A stretch of 64,000 nucleotides of DNA from Carcharhinus longimanus (lineage: Eukaryota), in the NCBI GenBank assembly GCA_030264375.1, contig JASCQW010000027.1, positions 60,571,387 to 60,635,386 on the forward strand. Direction: 5' to 3'. Below are positions 1-13,782 of this stretch, piece by piece. The notes under the pieces are model-generated. The model was not told the origin of the DNA. It saw only the letters and a program-made list of their open reading frames with translations, and ran no database searches. The position numbers and the translations under genes were made by a program. The number at the start of each line of letters is the position of its first letter. The first letter of the stretch is position 1.

Positions 1-120
1 CCTCTCTGTCTCTCTCTCTGTCTCTCTCTCACTCTTTCAGGCCCCTCTCCCTCTCCGCCCGCACCCCCCCCATCTCTCTCTCTCCGCCCGCACCCCCCCC
101 CCCCATCTCTCTCTCTGTCC
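1..120 (+). repeat. CT/C-rich simple repeat
   Basis: (CT)n and C-runs. Confidence 0.9.
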
Positions 121-144
121 CTTTCTCCTTAAACATTGGCCCAC

Positions 145-320
145 TAGAATACTGCAGTGCAGAAAGAGGCCACTCAGCCCATTGAATCTGCACCGACTAC
201 AGTCTCTTCCAGCCTCTACCCTGCAACCCCATGTTACGTACCCCGCAAATCTCCATGACACTCAGGGGCAATTTATCATGGCCAATCAACGTAACCAGCA
301 CGTGTTTCCAGCTGTGGGAA
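145..320 (-). mobile_element. HE1-like SINE, 3' part
   Basis: gtgcagaaagaggccactcagcccattgaatctgcaccg...ggggcaatttatcatggccaatc, matching the other SINE copies in the window. Confidence 0.7.
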
Positions 321-3300
321 GTGTGCTGGTGTGAATGTGCTGCTTATGTTCTCAGTGTTGTTGGATTGGTGTGTAATGTAGGTCAGTCAGCACAGGTCAG
401 TGACAGCGTGACAAGGAGGGGGCTCAGATCCCAGGGTGGGAGCGGAATGTGTGTGTGTTAGTCTTGAGAATTCTGTGACCATTCTTTAAATTGCCATTCT
501 TTTTCAGACCACATCCATACCTTAGATTTTGTTGTGAATTATTGTATATATCAGGCTTGCATAGCAAGCATAACTTCCCAGGGCCCTGCACCAATGGCAG
601 AATATCAAATACTGCAAGTGATCTACTGATGATGTAGAGCTTCAGAAAATTCTGCCCATTTTGTGAGTAAGCTGTTCAAAGCCTTGGTGACAGGACGTGG
701 TGAATACTAACAATATTGTATGTCTGTAGATTCTAAGGCTTGTTAATGGGATTTTTACTGTGATGTTTGTGTGAAGGGCCAAGAATCATTAAAAAAATAA
801 AGAGCAACATCGATCTTAAAGTAAACAAAAGCAATTGAGCTGAATCAAGAAGTAGTTCAATTCTATTTTTTTTAATACTCCATAGATTTTTGCAAGAAAG
901 GAAACTTAAAGAAGTTGAGGGGGTTTGTGGTTGGGTTGGTAGAGCGTTCCATAATTTTTGAGTGAATGACCAAACATCAGCTAAATTTGACAATGATGAA
1001 ATGAGGCAATTTCGACACAACACAGGAAGGAATAAGAGCGTTTGGCTGGCGAGGGTGTGTGTGTGTGTGTATGCATACACATATAAAATCAAATATTCTT
1101 GTAAATTATTATTGTATTTGAGCTTAACAATAATTTCTCAGGCAGTGAAAATATGTCCCATGCTCTTGATTATCTGATGTCCCTTAAAATTATTCTAGCC
1201 AGCCTTATGTTGATGGTTACTGATTAAAAGTCTTGTAGGAAGGAATATAAATTCTCAATCGACTGTAAATAGAAAAGATAATTATAATGTTTATGTAATG
1301 CAATATGTGCCTCATTTCAGTGAAGTAGGTGTGCAAACACGCCAACAGGGTTATCATTAAAGTGTAATTTTAAATACACAATTGTAAGGGCTTTCAGTCT
1401 TGTTGTAGTAACGAATGGAGCAATAGGCACTGGAGGGCAAAACACTTCTCTTTGCCTCTGCAATGGGAGGATTTTGGGAAACCTCAAATGCCCATATTTA
1501 ACTATGCCAATTTTTAAAAATAATGCTATGTAAGTGCTTGTGTCCTATTTATTTTGGCTACATGCCAAATGTTGCATTTTTTTATATCTCAAACATTTTT
1601 AAAAAAATTACTGAGGGCGACGAGACAGAACAATGTCATGAAATTTAATGCAGATCTTAAAGTAAACAATGTGAATTATTTTGTAATCTGTTACAAAAAC
1701 AGAATATGCTGAAAAATCTCAGCAGGTCTGGCAGCATCTATGGGGAGAGAATAGAGCCAGCAATTTGAGTCTAGATGTTATTCATAGGAAGAAAAAATAG
1801 ACAACACGTGTAGGTCATGAATGATGTTAAAAGACTCTTCGGCTCAACTTTAAAATGTCTTACGAATACAAAATAGCAATTAAGCTAATATCCAAATGAT
1901 GGAATATGACTTAGAGAAAATAACTTTATAGTACTTTAATCAGAACACATGCTGTACGATTTGTGCTTCATTTTTCATTTTAAACTCGGGAAATGTGAAT
2001 CAGACCATTTCTTGATTTTGGAAAACTCAACCCATTGTTTTTGCCCACATCCACCATGTTTTCATCTCTGGGCAATGTAGAGCTTGGATTTCCCAACTCC
2101 TGAGGCATTGTCTAAGGAGTGCAGGTGTTGAGTCAGGCTCACCTCAGTTTGCTTGGACATTGGCCCAGCTTTCCACATCGTTCTTATCCCACCTTGTACT
2201 CCATGCCCCTTATACTTCCAATGTACCTGTGGCTCACCATGACCATATGTGTTCTCTATATCCACTCATCCTGTATACAATATGTACAGTCCTCAGCAGC
2301 CATGTAACAATAAGGTAAGTCTATGAAATGGGCATGAGAAAAGGTAAACTTTTAACAATTTAATAGAGCTGTCACTTGAAAACACAACAGTTCATTCTGG
2401 GGGGAAAAAAAACTCCAAACCCATTCAGAAAATACTTAAATCCTCTCACGTAGTTGTTTAATTGTAACAACAAATAAAACCATCTATTCCATAACCACAT
2501 TAAAGACAGATGCTTCTTTTAATAATTCTTAAAACTGTCAATCAGAATACTTAAACAACTCATTGTTGATGCTCTGACAAAGAGTCATCCAAACAATAGC
2601 TCAGTTTTCTCTCCACAGATCTGCTGAGATTTTCCAGCATTTTCTGTTTTTTGTCTGTTGAGATAAGTGGTTCATAAGCTTTTGAAATTCAACCAAGCAT
2701 TCATATTTGGCTCTGCTTTCATACAAACCATTACTGCTTCAGACAGTGAAGCCTTTTGAAAAACGGATAGCTATGTTTTTTTCTAAGCTATACCCTATAT
2801 CGTGTCGATCAAAGCAGTCCACGAGCAGATTGTTTGTTCTTTTTCTTACCTGAATAAAAGCTGCAGGCTTTTTTCAGATTTGAAGTACTTTAGATATTTA
2901 AATAATTTCAAATCATGACAAAGTTTTTAAAGCACTGTTTTCTTCAGTTGTGAATCCGTAATAACACACTCTGAATGGAAAAAGTACTCTAATGCATCTC
3001 AACACTTAGACAACGCTGAAATGTAATGAAATGTTTACAGGACCAAGCCTTATGATCAATCATAAAAATGCATCTAATGTATAATACAGTATCTAATAAA
3101 GACATTTAAAGTTCTTAAAACATTTTACACTCACTCATCAGAATGTTCTGACTCCTTGGTGGACTTGCCCCAAGCTTTCCAAACTTTCAAATAAGTTTGC
3201 TTTCCAAAACCTGTAAGAATTGACCAAAATAATTGGGGGGAGGGGAAGAGAGACGAGAAAAGCGCGTTTCTTATAAGGCTATCAAGGGTAACCCTGACTT

Positions 3301-5208
3301 CAGAGGATGTGCATGTGGAATTATAACCTGACTCTAACTTGATCTGTTCCTGCCTATGGGCAGATTGTGTGAGTCCATATATATGTGAAAAATGTGAAGT
3401 GTTCAATTGTCCAGTTCTCGTTGCCCAAAACATTCAAGTGCAGGAAGATGTGCAAAGAAGCACCAAAAGGCTGATAAATGATGGGCAAAATTTTAAGGAT
3501 CATTGGTTATCCTGCTGCACCATCTGAGAGTCAATAGGGAATAAATTTTGCAGCCATTTAATGCCCCAAGGGTAGGTTATCAGCTTTGTCATCCCAGCAG
3601 CATCATTGGGAACTGTGGCCACTGCTGTGACTCCAAGCAGTCTCCAGATTAGCCCCTGGGCCAAGTTGGAGGTAAGTGGGTTTCATGGAGAGTGGCCGGA
3701 TGGCAAAGTTGAATGAAGAGAGGGCACCCAGAGATCAGCCCATTGAGGGAAAGGGGGTCTGGAGTGTGCCCAATAAAGAAAGGGGGCTGGTTATATTGGT
3801 GCTACCCTCTTTTCCCACCAAAGGCCCAAGCAGGGAGATCTGCCGGCTTCCCCTGTCTCTGACTTCCACCTGTCTCAAAGTTGAGGCCAGGATGGAGAAC
3901 AACTCTTAATTGGCCATTTAAGGGTCCTGATGGAGGCAAGGGCAGTTGGGCTACTCCAGGTCTCTCCCGAAAAGCTGAGGACAGGTTCAGGGAGTTGGCA
4001 AACCTGCAGTGGGGGCTGTAGAACTCTGCTATATGAGAGGAGACTAGAGAAACCTGGACTTTATAGTTTGGGTAGAAAATAACTAAAAGATCATCTTAGT
4101 GATATATGTAAATTTAACCATGATTGTTACTCCTAACTGCCATAACAGAACAAATGTTTCAGGTTCTGAAGAAGATGGATTTTTTTGAATCGATATTAAG
4201 AAATTCTTGTTCATGAAAAAGTGGTCAACGTGTGGAATAAGCTGCTTGGTAAAATAATGAAAGCAAAAATCCTGGAATCGTTTGAAGTAATGAAAAGCTA
4301 CATTGCTGTTTTGCTGGAGGAGTTCTTTAGATAGGTTAAACGGCCTTGCATGTCCCCAGTGATGTTGTGATAAATCCCACAGAATGTGAACTGTGCTTCA
4401 GAGTATCTTTTTTAAAACTATTTTGTAAAGAAATAACCTGCAAATCTGTTATGGGTTAAATCGAATTTGGCGACTTTGAAGGAATGAACGCAAAGGCCTT
4501 TTTTATTTTGTTTACCAGACTCCAAATAGCAAGCTAATAAATGCCACAAATCCAAAGTAAATATTTTACAGAACAACTTTGTATTTTGCGCTGCCAGGTG
4601 GTGACTTCTGTACATTAACTGGTAGCAAGGTGGGATTTTCCAGCCCCACCCACCGCCAGGATTGTCTAATCCCGCTGAAAGTCAAAAGACCTTTGGCTGG
4701 CCTGCCACATCTCTCATGGTAGATACCACAATGGCAGAGCCAGAAAATTCTGGCCACAGAGAAAGTGACCTGAACCATTTCTAGTTTTACAGTGGAAGTA
4801 TCTTAGATGGAGGAGAACAGTAATAAAATTCTCTTCCTATATTTTTATTGCATTGATTTTTTTCACATTTTTTCCACATTTTAGATTATGTATCTCACTC
4901 CTCAAAGTATAACAATAATCAAAGAATATTTTGTGTATTCCATTCACGGTGTAGTAAAAATAATATTGTAATTCACTATAAGAAGTTAGTTTCCAAATAT
5001 ATTGCTTTTTACTTTTTGTTGCTTCTCCTTCATTCTCTAGTTATTAATTCACTAATAGCACTGTGTAGGTTTAAATAGTGACAAAACAAGCATTTTTGTC
5101 ATGGAACTTTATGAACAATCAGAGCTATTGGTTCCAAGAATAAGTTCCATAACTTTATTAGTGAACAGTTATTTTTTGCTAATGCAATTTTCTTTTCTTT
5201 TTTGATAG

Positions 5209-5268
5209 GCTTGTTTATCTTTCCTATCTATTACATTTGTAAGAAGCAGAGGAAAAGATCACAGACTG
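5209..5268 (+). CDS. Candidate orphan exon (G-LFIFPIYYICKKQRKRSQT): hydrophobic stretch then basic cluster
   Basis: Strong polypyrimidine tract + tag acceptor; donor TG|GTATGT; symmetric phase 1, 60 nt; no partner exons identified. Confidence 0.3.
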
Positions 5269-6010
5269 GTATGTTTACGTGAAAAAAGAAAAGCGCCTTG
5301 TTTACATTGATAACAACGGATGTGTCAAGGTCCTCTCAAAGCTCTGCAGTGAGAAGCAATAGCACGTAACTAGCATCAAGATACTGAACAACCGTGAAAC
5401 TGGGAATGATGCTACAAAGTATTTCTTGGCCATATTACTACACCATTCCCAGAATAACTTCCAAAGAGTTGGCTTTAAGCACTGTGATGTACAACTCAAG
5501 AAAGAAAAAAAACTGATCTGGGGTAAAGATAACACTGCTGGAGATAGGGCTGTTTTTCCATTTTGCACATGTTAGCAGTACTAAGCTATAATCATGGATG
5601 ATGGGGACCTCTGGCAATGTTTGCACTCCTTGCATTGTCCTAATACTGTCTTAAAACCTCAATTACAGAAGCAAACTTTTCTCTGCACTATGAGATATTC
5701 CTGTTCCCTTCTCAATGAAGATTCTCATCTCAAGGGATATTTCTGTGCTATACATGTCACTTCATTAAGATTATATCTAATTGGAAATTTTATTCACAAC
5801 TTTTCTGGCAATTAATATCTGCAGAGGTGGCGATTGTAATTCAGCTCAGACTGGGGTATTTCACACTAATTCCCAAGTTGACTTTGCCACTTAACAAAAG
5901 TAACCAGACCTGATCTTTAACATTTTGGGATCACAGTCAAAGCAAGAGTTTGCATTTTAGCCAAAATAATGCATAGCATAGATTTTGTCTTCAACGAGTT
6001 CTGCCCATGT

Positions 6011-6016
6011 TTTATT
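6011..6016 (-). terminator. Candidate polyadenylation signal AATAAA for gene B
   Basis: tttatt on + strand, ~200 nt past the gene B stop. Confidence 0.4.
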
Positions 6017-6216
6017 TCAAAAGTGGAAAATTTGGAATCTGATCAAAACTAATGGGTTGCTGAAGTGTGAACATGCATAACAAATTCAGATAATGCACAA
6101 AGAAACTTTTTTTTTCTTGTTCGTTGCCAATTTGGATGACTGATGTCAACAAATTTTAAAGGGATAAGTGTCCTTTTCATGGGGCACTAAGAAAGTGGAA
6201 GTTCTATAAACACACA

Positions 6217-6447
6217 TTAAAGAAAATTAAAATTTGGTCTTGGGTTCTGACAATTCATTAAGACCCTCTCGTGCACGTCAGTCATGAAGGTCTCAAGTGT
6301 GCCGTTGGACATGATGTGTGCTCCCTCTTCAGCGACACCTGAGTGGGGAGGCAGATATTCAGGCTGAGCAACACCTTCAACTGTACACTGCCTGGATCTG
6401 TGGATGGCCATCTTGGATCTTGCAACAGCAATCTTTTTAATTTGCAT
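6217..6447 (-). CDS. Gene B terminal coding exon (MQIKKIAVARSKMAIHRSRQC...GVAEEGAHIMSNGTLETFMTDVHERVLMNCQNPRPNFNFL*)
   Basis: Acceptor ggtttag directly before the frame, phase 0; TAA stop; AATAAA ~200 nt downstream. Confidence 0.68.
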   Translation of the reverse strand: MQIKKIAVARSKMAIHRSRQCTVEGVAQPEYLPPHSGVAEEGAHIMSNGTLETFMTDVHERVLMNCQNPRPNFNFL

Positions 6448-9271
6448 CTAAACCAGCACCAGTTCAAATGACAAGCAAGGATCTTCCCACTGAGCTTCAC
6501 TGTTGATTTCTAATTGTGATTAAATGCAAGAATAATGGAATTCAAGGATATCCCAAGATCAGATCTGGCAATCACATTTCACTTGCGTGAATTCGACTTA
6601 ATAACATCAAATAATGCCATCTTAAAGTAACTTCTAGTGCCTTATTAGGATTGTTTTGTGAGAGGAGAGCCTTTCAGCTGCTAATAGCCATGCTATAGAT
6701 AAGATATGGTTCAATGCATTGCAGTGATATACAATAGGCCACTTGAAAGTGTAAGCATAGTTTAAAGAAAAACAATCTGAACGTTGACTAGTATTGCAGA
6801 GAGCTGCAATTAGTTGTGTGGGACAGTTTTGTGGTTTTGCTGGAAATGTTTCTTCATAGCGGGTAATTTTACATGATCACAAACACATTGATCATTCAAT
6901 ATCTTCATTTATTGCTTGAAGAATTGAATTTCCATATACTGCTCCATTAGATCTTGCAAAAATGTAGATGAAAAACCATAAATAGCCCATTTGTTATTGA
7001 CCTTTAATCCTGGAATATATCCCACTCAATAATACTCAAGATTCCCAATAGTATCACATTGATTTTTCTTGTGATTAATTATAATCCTGCAATATCCATA
7101 TTAATAGATATCCCTTCAACACAAAAATGTGTTGTTTCCTGCCATATTGTGTTCTATCTGCAATTTTTTAAAACTTGGCAAACCAATCTTTTTAATCGGA
7201 CCAGAATACTTTGAATGTAGTTTCTCCTGTACACTTCTCACTTGATCACATAAATTTATCATCAGCAAATTCATTATTAGAAGAAACACTGTTCTGCAAA
7301 TCATTTATTTGTAATACCCTTAATGGCAGGGAAAGAAAACAAACCGCTGCAGAGTTCCATTCCTCTCAGAAGCCAAGATATATATTTTTTAATTTTAACA
7401 AGTACTTGCTTTCAATTACCAAACTAGTTTTGACTCTACTATCCAATATGCCAGTAATGCCCTGAACCTTGACCTTTTAAAAGCTCCACTTGCATGACCT
7501 TTTTGTTTGAAAATCTAAATAGTCCTCATTATTTCAGTTAATCCCTCTAAAAGCTAACAATGCTTCTGAATCCATGCTGATTATTATTTATGATCTTTGA
7601 CAATATCCCATTGAATACTTCTAAACTTTTCCCACCAATGTAATTAGGCTTTAATTTCTAGGTGTTCAATTTAGTCATTTACTTTGAATATCAGGGTAAA
7701 ATAACCAATCTCTGTGTTGTATTAATCTCAGCACTGTCAAAACCCAATTTTCGATCCAGATGCAGATCCAGAATTATGCTGATTCAAAAACAAAACTTAA
7801 GTATTTTGTCTTTATGTTGCACCAAAGCAAAACCATTAACTATCATTAGCAATTTTCCTTTTAAATCAATTTAAAAGCCTTGATGTGTTCCTTTTCATTT
7901 AATTGTGCCAAAAATATGTGCTTAAGAAATAAACAATTTCTAAGTTTTATTGGATCTTTATCAGGATTCTCTTAGATTTGCAACAATTAATTTCCTCAAT
8001 CAAAAAGCTGGTGCTATATGCATAAATGTAAACACTTTTAATTAATATAGATTTTTAGCAAACTTTTGATATTTACTTTTATTTTGTTCCATGAAATGAG
8101 GTTGGTGCTAACAGGCCAGTCTGCGCTGTCATCCTCCATATTTTTATTCTCTGTTCTTGCGCACACAAAATAAAAACAGAAGAATATTAAAATCCATTGC
8201 TCAATCACAGATAGTAAATGATTTTTGTCAAGGCATGTTACCCTTTATAATAATTTAATTCCTCAAGAGGTTTGAACGATCATCAGCTGTCCATAAGGGT
8301 GATTTTCACAAATTTGAAATTGGAGTAAATTTTCACCTTCACTGCTCAGGTGATGATTTAATGAGCTAAATTCCTGCCTGATTTCCGATCAATGGAATGA
8401 AAATTGGGTGACTTCGTAAAATGCCGTCAAAATTCCACCCTTTTACTGAGCATGAAAATTTGGCCAAGTGAAATGTTGGACAATAGGGCAAACCATTTTC
8501 TTTGATCTTTCACCATTCAAGATTGTTTGTCTCTCGTTCTTGTACCACTCAGCATATCCTCCTTATTTTTGTACCTAAGGTGATTTCATCTATACCTGTT
8601 TGTGAAGTTACTCCTCTTTGCTGATCTATTACCCACTGTTGCTCTTCCTTAGATTTGTTTCCTTTAATCTGAAACTTCCTCAGATGGCAATCTTGAAATA
8701 ATTTCTGAATCCAATATCATCAACCAAGAACTTGCACAGGATCGGCCACGTTAATGCTTTATTCAGAATGAGTTACTGATTGGGCAGGTATGGGGAGCCC
8801 AACCACTCTTGGAGAATGATCTCCCCTGCTTTCAAATTATTAAAGATTTTTCACCTACATCTTTAGATAACTTACTATGTTTAGCCACTTGCAGGCAAAG
8901 TGGTTGGCTAGAAATGGCAGCCATGACACGAATGTGGGAAATTTCTCAGGGGTTCTCCTGATTTATTGACCACCATAATTTGGACAGAAAGGGTCAGTGG
9001 AAATCTCACCCGTAAACAGTGTTTGTACCAAAATTATGCAGCCAGTTATGAACTTCCGAGCAAATTCTCAGTGAAATTCTTTAGTTGCGATTACTTCTAA
9101 TCCTAATCTTTCAAACTCTGACTTTTCTTTTTGTCTGTGAAAGTGTGGCATGTTGGAAGATATCTTGGACTGTGGAAGAAAAAATGTAAAAACTTAAAGA
9201 CATTGATAGCTTGAGCAGTCAACTGGGTGTTATATCTATGGAGGAACTAATTTAGCAAAACCACAACCCAC

Positions 9272-9421
9272 GGTAACGTTTTGTACAGCACTTTCTCTTT
9301 CAATCAGTACCATTCTGTTCAAATCACTTTTTGTTCGTTCCATTTCTACTTTTGTCTCTGTAACAAGATTTTTGATTTGTCTTAAGTGGTTATTAGGGTT
9401 ATTGCATAGTAAACTTGGTAA
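9272..9421 (-). CDS. Gene B coding exon 5 (LPSLLCNNPNNHLRQIKNLVTETKVEMERTKSDLNRMVLIERESAVQNVT)
   Basis: Open helical frame; acceptor gtccag (alternative at 9434); donor ACC|GTGGGT, phase 0. Confidence 0.62.
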
Positions 9422-9724
9422 CTGGACAGACATGCTGGTTTTATTATTTAAGTGATTTTAATGTAGGTAACATTTTTCAAATAGCTGAAGTAGAATGAAT
9501 GATGTATGGTGCCCATAAAAAGATAGTTTCTGTTTGTAAGTATTAATGGATAATTCATCACCAAAACGTGTGCCTTTTTATTTGATGTGGCCTCATTAAA
9601 ATCTTTCTTTTTGCTAATAAAATGACTTAACTTGCGGATACAGCTACACGGCGATGTTCCATAATGCAAATCTATAAAGATACTCATTTTTTAATGCCAA
9701 ATTAAATTCCTTTTTTCCCCATAC

Positions 9725-9846
9725 CCACCCTCCTCTTCTGCCACAGGAAAGAGCAGGGGAAAAGTTGAATCTCAAGGTACTTTGCACTTGTGGTAAATGT
9801 TTATTGACTGATCTTCTGCCAATTGTATGATCCTGCAGGTCAGGGT
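9725..9846 (-). CDS. Gene B coding exon 4 (PDLQDHTIGRRSVNKHLPQVQSTLRFNFSPALSCGRRGGW)
   Basis: Acceptor attttctttag, phase 1; donor TGG|GTATGG (alternative GG|GTGGGT at 9729). Confidence 0.65.
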
Positions 9847-11220
9847 CTAAAGAAAATTCAGCAGTTTCACTTTTACAATATAATTCCTCTATGGATTGTG
9901 CTGACAAAGTATGTTTAAGCTTGTAAACTTTAATTTTATGTTTAATTTTTAAACAGATGTAGTTGTTAATCCAATGGTTGCAGTTTACAGCATCCCCCAC
10001 ATCCATGTTTGAAGGCAGGGGGGTTTGTAAAATGCAGCACGTGGCCTGCCCATCATGTCCCAGCCAACACTGATCTGTCTCCCATTTTACAACGAACAAT
10101 GGAGGTGTCAGAGGGCCAGTTCACCCTTGTGCCAATTGAACCCCAGGTTAATGGCTTCTTAAGTACCTCATCCCACCTTTGCCACTATTTTACTCCCGCA
10201 GAGTAAAGTTGGGTAACCCAACATCTTTTATTGAGTAGGTTGATGTATGGCAGGGGAGGAAGGAGGCGAGTGTTGGTGGCAATACCCTTTGGCAGTCGCC
10301 TGTTCCCAACAGAGGCACCCCTCCCTCACTGAAGATCATACACCCCTTTTAACCTTCCATCCGAGCTTCTCAAACCCAGCCCTCCTTGTACCTCCCTCCC
10401 CGCCACTGGTGTCTGCCCTGCCGATACTCTGACCAAACTTGAAGTCTGGGTCCCTAATCTCCTCACTCCTCAAACTTGGTGCTGCTGGGGCTATAGGACC
10501 GCCAGCCAATCAAACTGGCCAACAACTCTCTAATTCAGAACTTCCTCCTCAGATGTGGGTAGAAATCTCACCATGAGCCAACTAATATCCCTCCAAGTGT
10601 TTTTTGGTGGGTGTGCTCCCAATCGACTTTCTAATTGACCAGGCTGAGGATTGCAGTGCCCCGCAAAACCCAGCCCAATGATGCTTAACTGAATCAGGTT
10701 AGTAAGAAGTTACAATAGTTAACACATCCTATGTAAATGTATCTGATTAATGACACATCTGCATTCAATTAATAGAGATAAGTTTGGTTAGTTCAAGTGA
10801 CTTGTGACTAAAACACAAGCAACTACCAGTACTACTTCTGAGAGCTTTTTGTGCAAAAACAATAGCAGAAATAATGTGACTAAGTATATCAAATGTATTA
10901 TTCTAAAGAAAAATAAACAGAATTACATTGTGTCACGTTTTTAATTTTAAGTCAATAATTGTCTTTTCTCCTTTTATTTTGATTTATTGGAACTTTAATT
11001 GACAAAATGTAAATTTAGTGGCCTGTAACGACCTGAGAATGGCAATCTCTGTCAAACTGCCACTGAGAATGATCTTCCCCTTGGTGANNNNNNNNNNNNN
11101 NNNNNNNNNNNNNNNNNNNNNNNNNNNNNNNNNNNNNNNNNNNNNNNNNNNNNNNNNNNNNNNNNNNNNNNNNNNNNNNNNNNNNNNGAAATTGCGCAAT
11201 TCCTGTCTCCCCATCCTCCC

Positions 11221-12060
11221 TCACTCCGTTTGGGTGAGATGGGAGAAGTGACAGATGAAGCAATGAGGGTGCAGAGAGGCTAGGAGACACAGTACATTAC
11301 TGGCACTTCCGAAGATAGCTACTGGATCATATTTGAATATCCAGCCACTGACGGATTTGTTGATACAACATAGTTGGGATACTCCAGCACATTCCTCCCT
11401 AACTCTCTCAAAATCTTCTTTCAGGAGCTCATCTCTTTTCCTACCTTTGTCATTGGTGCCAATATGAAATACAACCTCTTGACTGTTCACTCTCTCTGCC
11501 CCCCCCCAAAAAAAAAGCGTGCCCTGCAGCCACTTTCTACACTCTTCACCTGGCATCATAAAGACAACATACCTTCCTGAAGCCAGGAATTGCCTGATTG
11601 CTCCCCTAACTAGGGAATCCCCAACCACTGTAGCATTTCCACTCTTACTACTTCCCTCCTGTGCAGCAGGCCTCCCTGTGATGGTACAAACCTAGCTCTT
11701 GTTACAGTCCTCTAGCCTTCTCACTCACCAGTATCCAAAATGGAAATGTTGTTAAGAGAGCAAGATAACCTCGGGGGATTCCTGCACTACCTGGCTGTTT
11801 CGCTTAGATACTCTGGCAGTCATCTATTTCCCTCTCTGCCTGTGTAATTTTGCCTGTATAATTCTATCTGTGGTCTGAACATCTCTTCAAATGTGCTATC
11901 CATGTAATTCTCAGCCTTGTGGATGCAGCATAGTAAGCGTAGCTGCCACTTGACGTTCCGCAAACGGAAACTCAAGTTTCTATGCCTGGTGATATTTCCT
12001 GCTGACGCAGTCATTCGAAGGCACTTTATGCCTGCATAGCATCCCACATCCTGCAAGATG
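11221..12060 (-). mobile_element. Degenerate CR1 LINE ORF1 (SGNH esterase-like) region
   Basis: VGDSLVRG...VVFHIGTND motifs in the ORF track. Confidence 0.75.
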
Positions 12061-12339
12061 CATATTCCACATGGCTAAGTTGCATTGACATATCTTTAAA
12101 TACTGATAGTAAAGTGTTTACTACAGTATGGTACATAATATCTCATCCATCACTCTCCAATCATCTTCCCTGTGCTGAGTGTGGAATGGTCTATATTTAA
12201 CAACCAGTCAACTTATGGGACTCCTGTGATATTTAGATTTTAGCTGTAAACAGTGGCTCTCTCCAAATTCCTGCTGCTTTATGGGTGTGCTCCCTCCCGT
12301 CTCCTCCCCTGCCCCTGACTCCAATCTCTCTATCGGCTT

Positions 12340-13540
12340 TTTGGTATAGAAAATGACCATTCACCCTGTTGTCTATGTCAGCTCTCTGCAAGAGCAACAC
12401 AGCCATTTCTGCTTCCCCACCCTTTCACCATAGCATTTTTTTTTGTTTTCAAGTGATTATCCAATTCTGTTTGAAAGCCACAATTAAATCAAGCAGCGCG
12501 TTTCAGAGCTGAACAACTCGAGTCTTTTTTTTAAAAAAAGCCATTGCTTCTTTTGCCAATTACCTTTGTGACCTTTGGTTCTTGACCCTTCTGCTAATGG
12601 GAACTGTTGCTCCCTATCTGCTCTGTCTAAATGCCTTATGTTTTTGAACACTTCTATAACAACTGGAGCAGGAGTAGACAAATTAGCCCCTTGAGTCTAC
12701 TCTGCCATCTTTATACAATCTTAGCCTCAACTCCACTTTCCTAATCATTCATCATAGCCCTTCAAATCCTTACTAAATAAAAATCTGTCCACCTATTCTT
12801 TAAATGTCCTGGCGTTCACCACGCTCTGGGATAGTGAATTCCAGAGACTAATGACCCTTCAAAAGGAGTAATTTCTCCTCATCTCTGTTTTAAATCTGCC
12901 ATCCATTATCCTTGACTTAGGTTGCTCTATAAGAGGAAACATTCTCTCCATGTCAACATTCAATCTCCCTTATAAACCTCAGTTAGATCTCCAAACCTCT
13001 CAACGTTATTTTGGAAGAAGCTGATATTGTTTTCCACAACCTATCCACATAACTGAAGTCCTGCATCACTGGAGCCATTCCGGTTAATCTATTGGGCACC
13101 TACTCTAATGCCTTCATGTTCTTCCTAAAGTGTAGTGTTCAGAATTAGATCCAATACCTTAACTGAGGCCAAACCAGTGTTTTACAAAGGATTGCCATAG
13201 CTTCTTTGTTTGTGTACTCTATATCTGTGTTTATAAAGTCAAGAATCTAGTCATCTTTATTAGCCACTTTCTCAGCCTGCAGTGCTTTTTTTCAACAATT
13301 TACGTACTTGCATCACCAGATCCTCTGCATCTGGACCATCTTTAGAATTGTACTTTTTATTTCATATCAATACTCCTCATTCTTGCTACAAAAAATGAAT
13401 TGCTCCTGTTGCATTAAATTTTAATCTGCCACTTCTCTGCTATTCCACCAGCTTGGCTATATTCTTTTGAAATTTATCACTAGCCTTCTCACAGTTCACA
13501 ATAATTCTAAGTTTTGTGTAATCTGCTAATTTTGACATAA
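12340..13540 (-). mobile_element. Degenerate CR1 LINE RT/3' end fragments (nested)
   Basis: SKLADYTKL (FADDTKL-like); LDRADREQQFPLAEGSRTKGH C-terminal motif; ggagcaggagtag tail. Confidence 0.7.
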
Positions 13541-13679
13541 GTAGTTGGCCAGTACTGCAAATGGCACTCCAGATGAAGTCTGGCCAATGTATTATGCAGC
13601 TATGTTGTAACCACTTTTGATTTATACATTTTCTGTAAAGGCAAACCCATTTCTTGTTTGCTTCTCTTTCATATATTAC

Positions 13680-13782
13680 CTCTAAAAGCTTGTTTCTTGG
13701 ATGCAGAATCTTGAAAATCTCTGACTCGTGTTTCGTATGAGTACAGGTTCCCTGCTGGATGCACAGGAACACTGGAGCTTCC
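13680..13782 (-). CDS. Gene B coding exon 3 (GSSSVPVHPAGNLYSYETRVRDFQDSASKKQAFR-D)
   Basis: Donor GAG|GTAATA, phase 1, fits exon 4; acceptor (ttataag) is weak, so the 5' boundary is uncertain. Confidence 0.55.

Noticed and set aside
2062-2313. Overlapping short ORFs with strong donors on both strands
   Set aside because: No convincing acceptor, phase chain or recognisable protein
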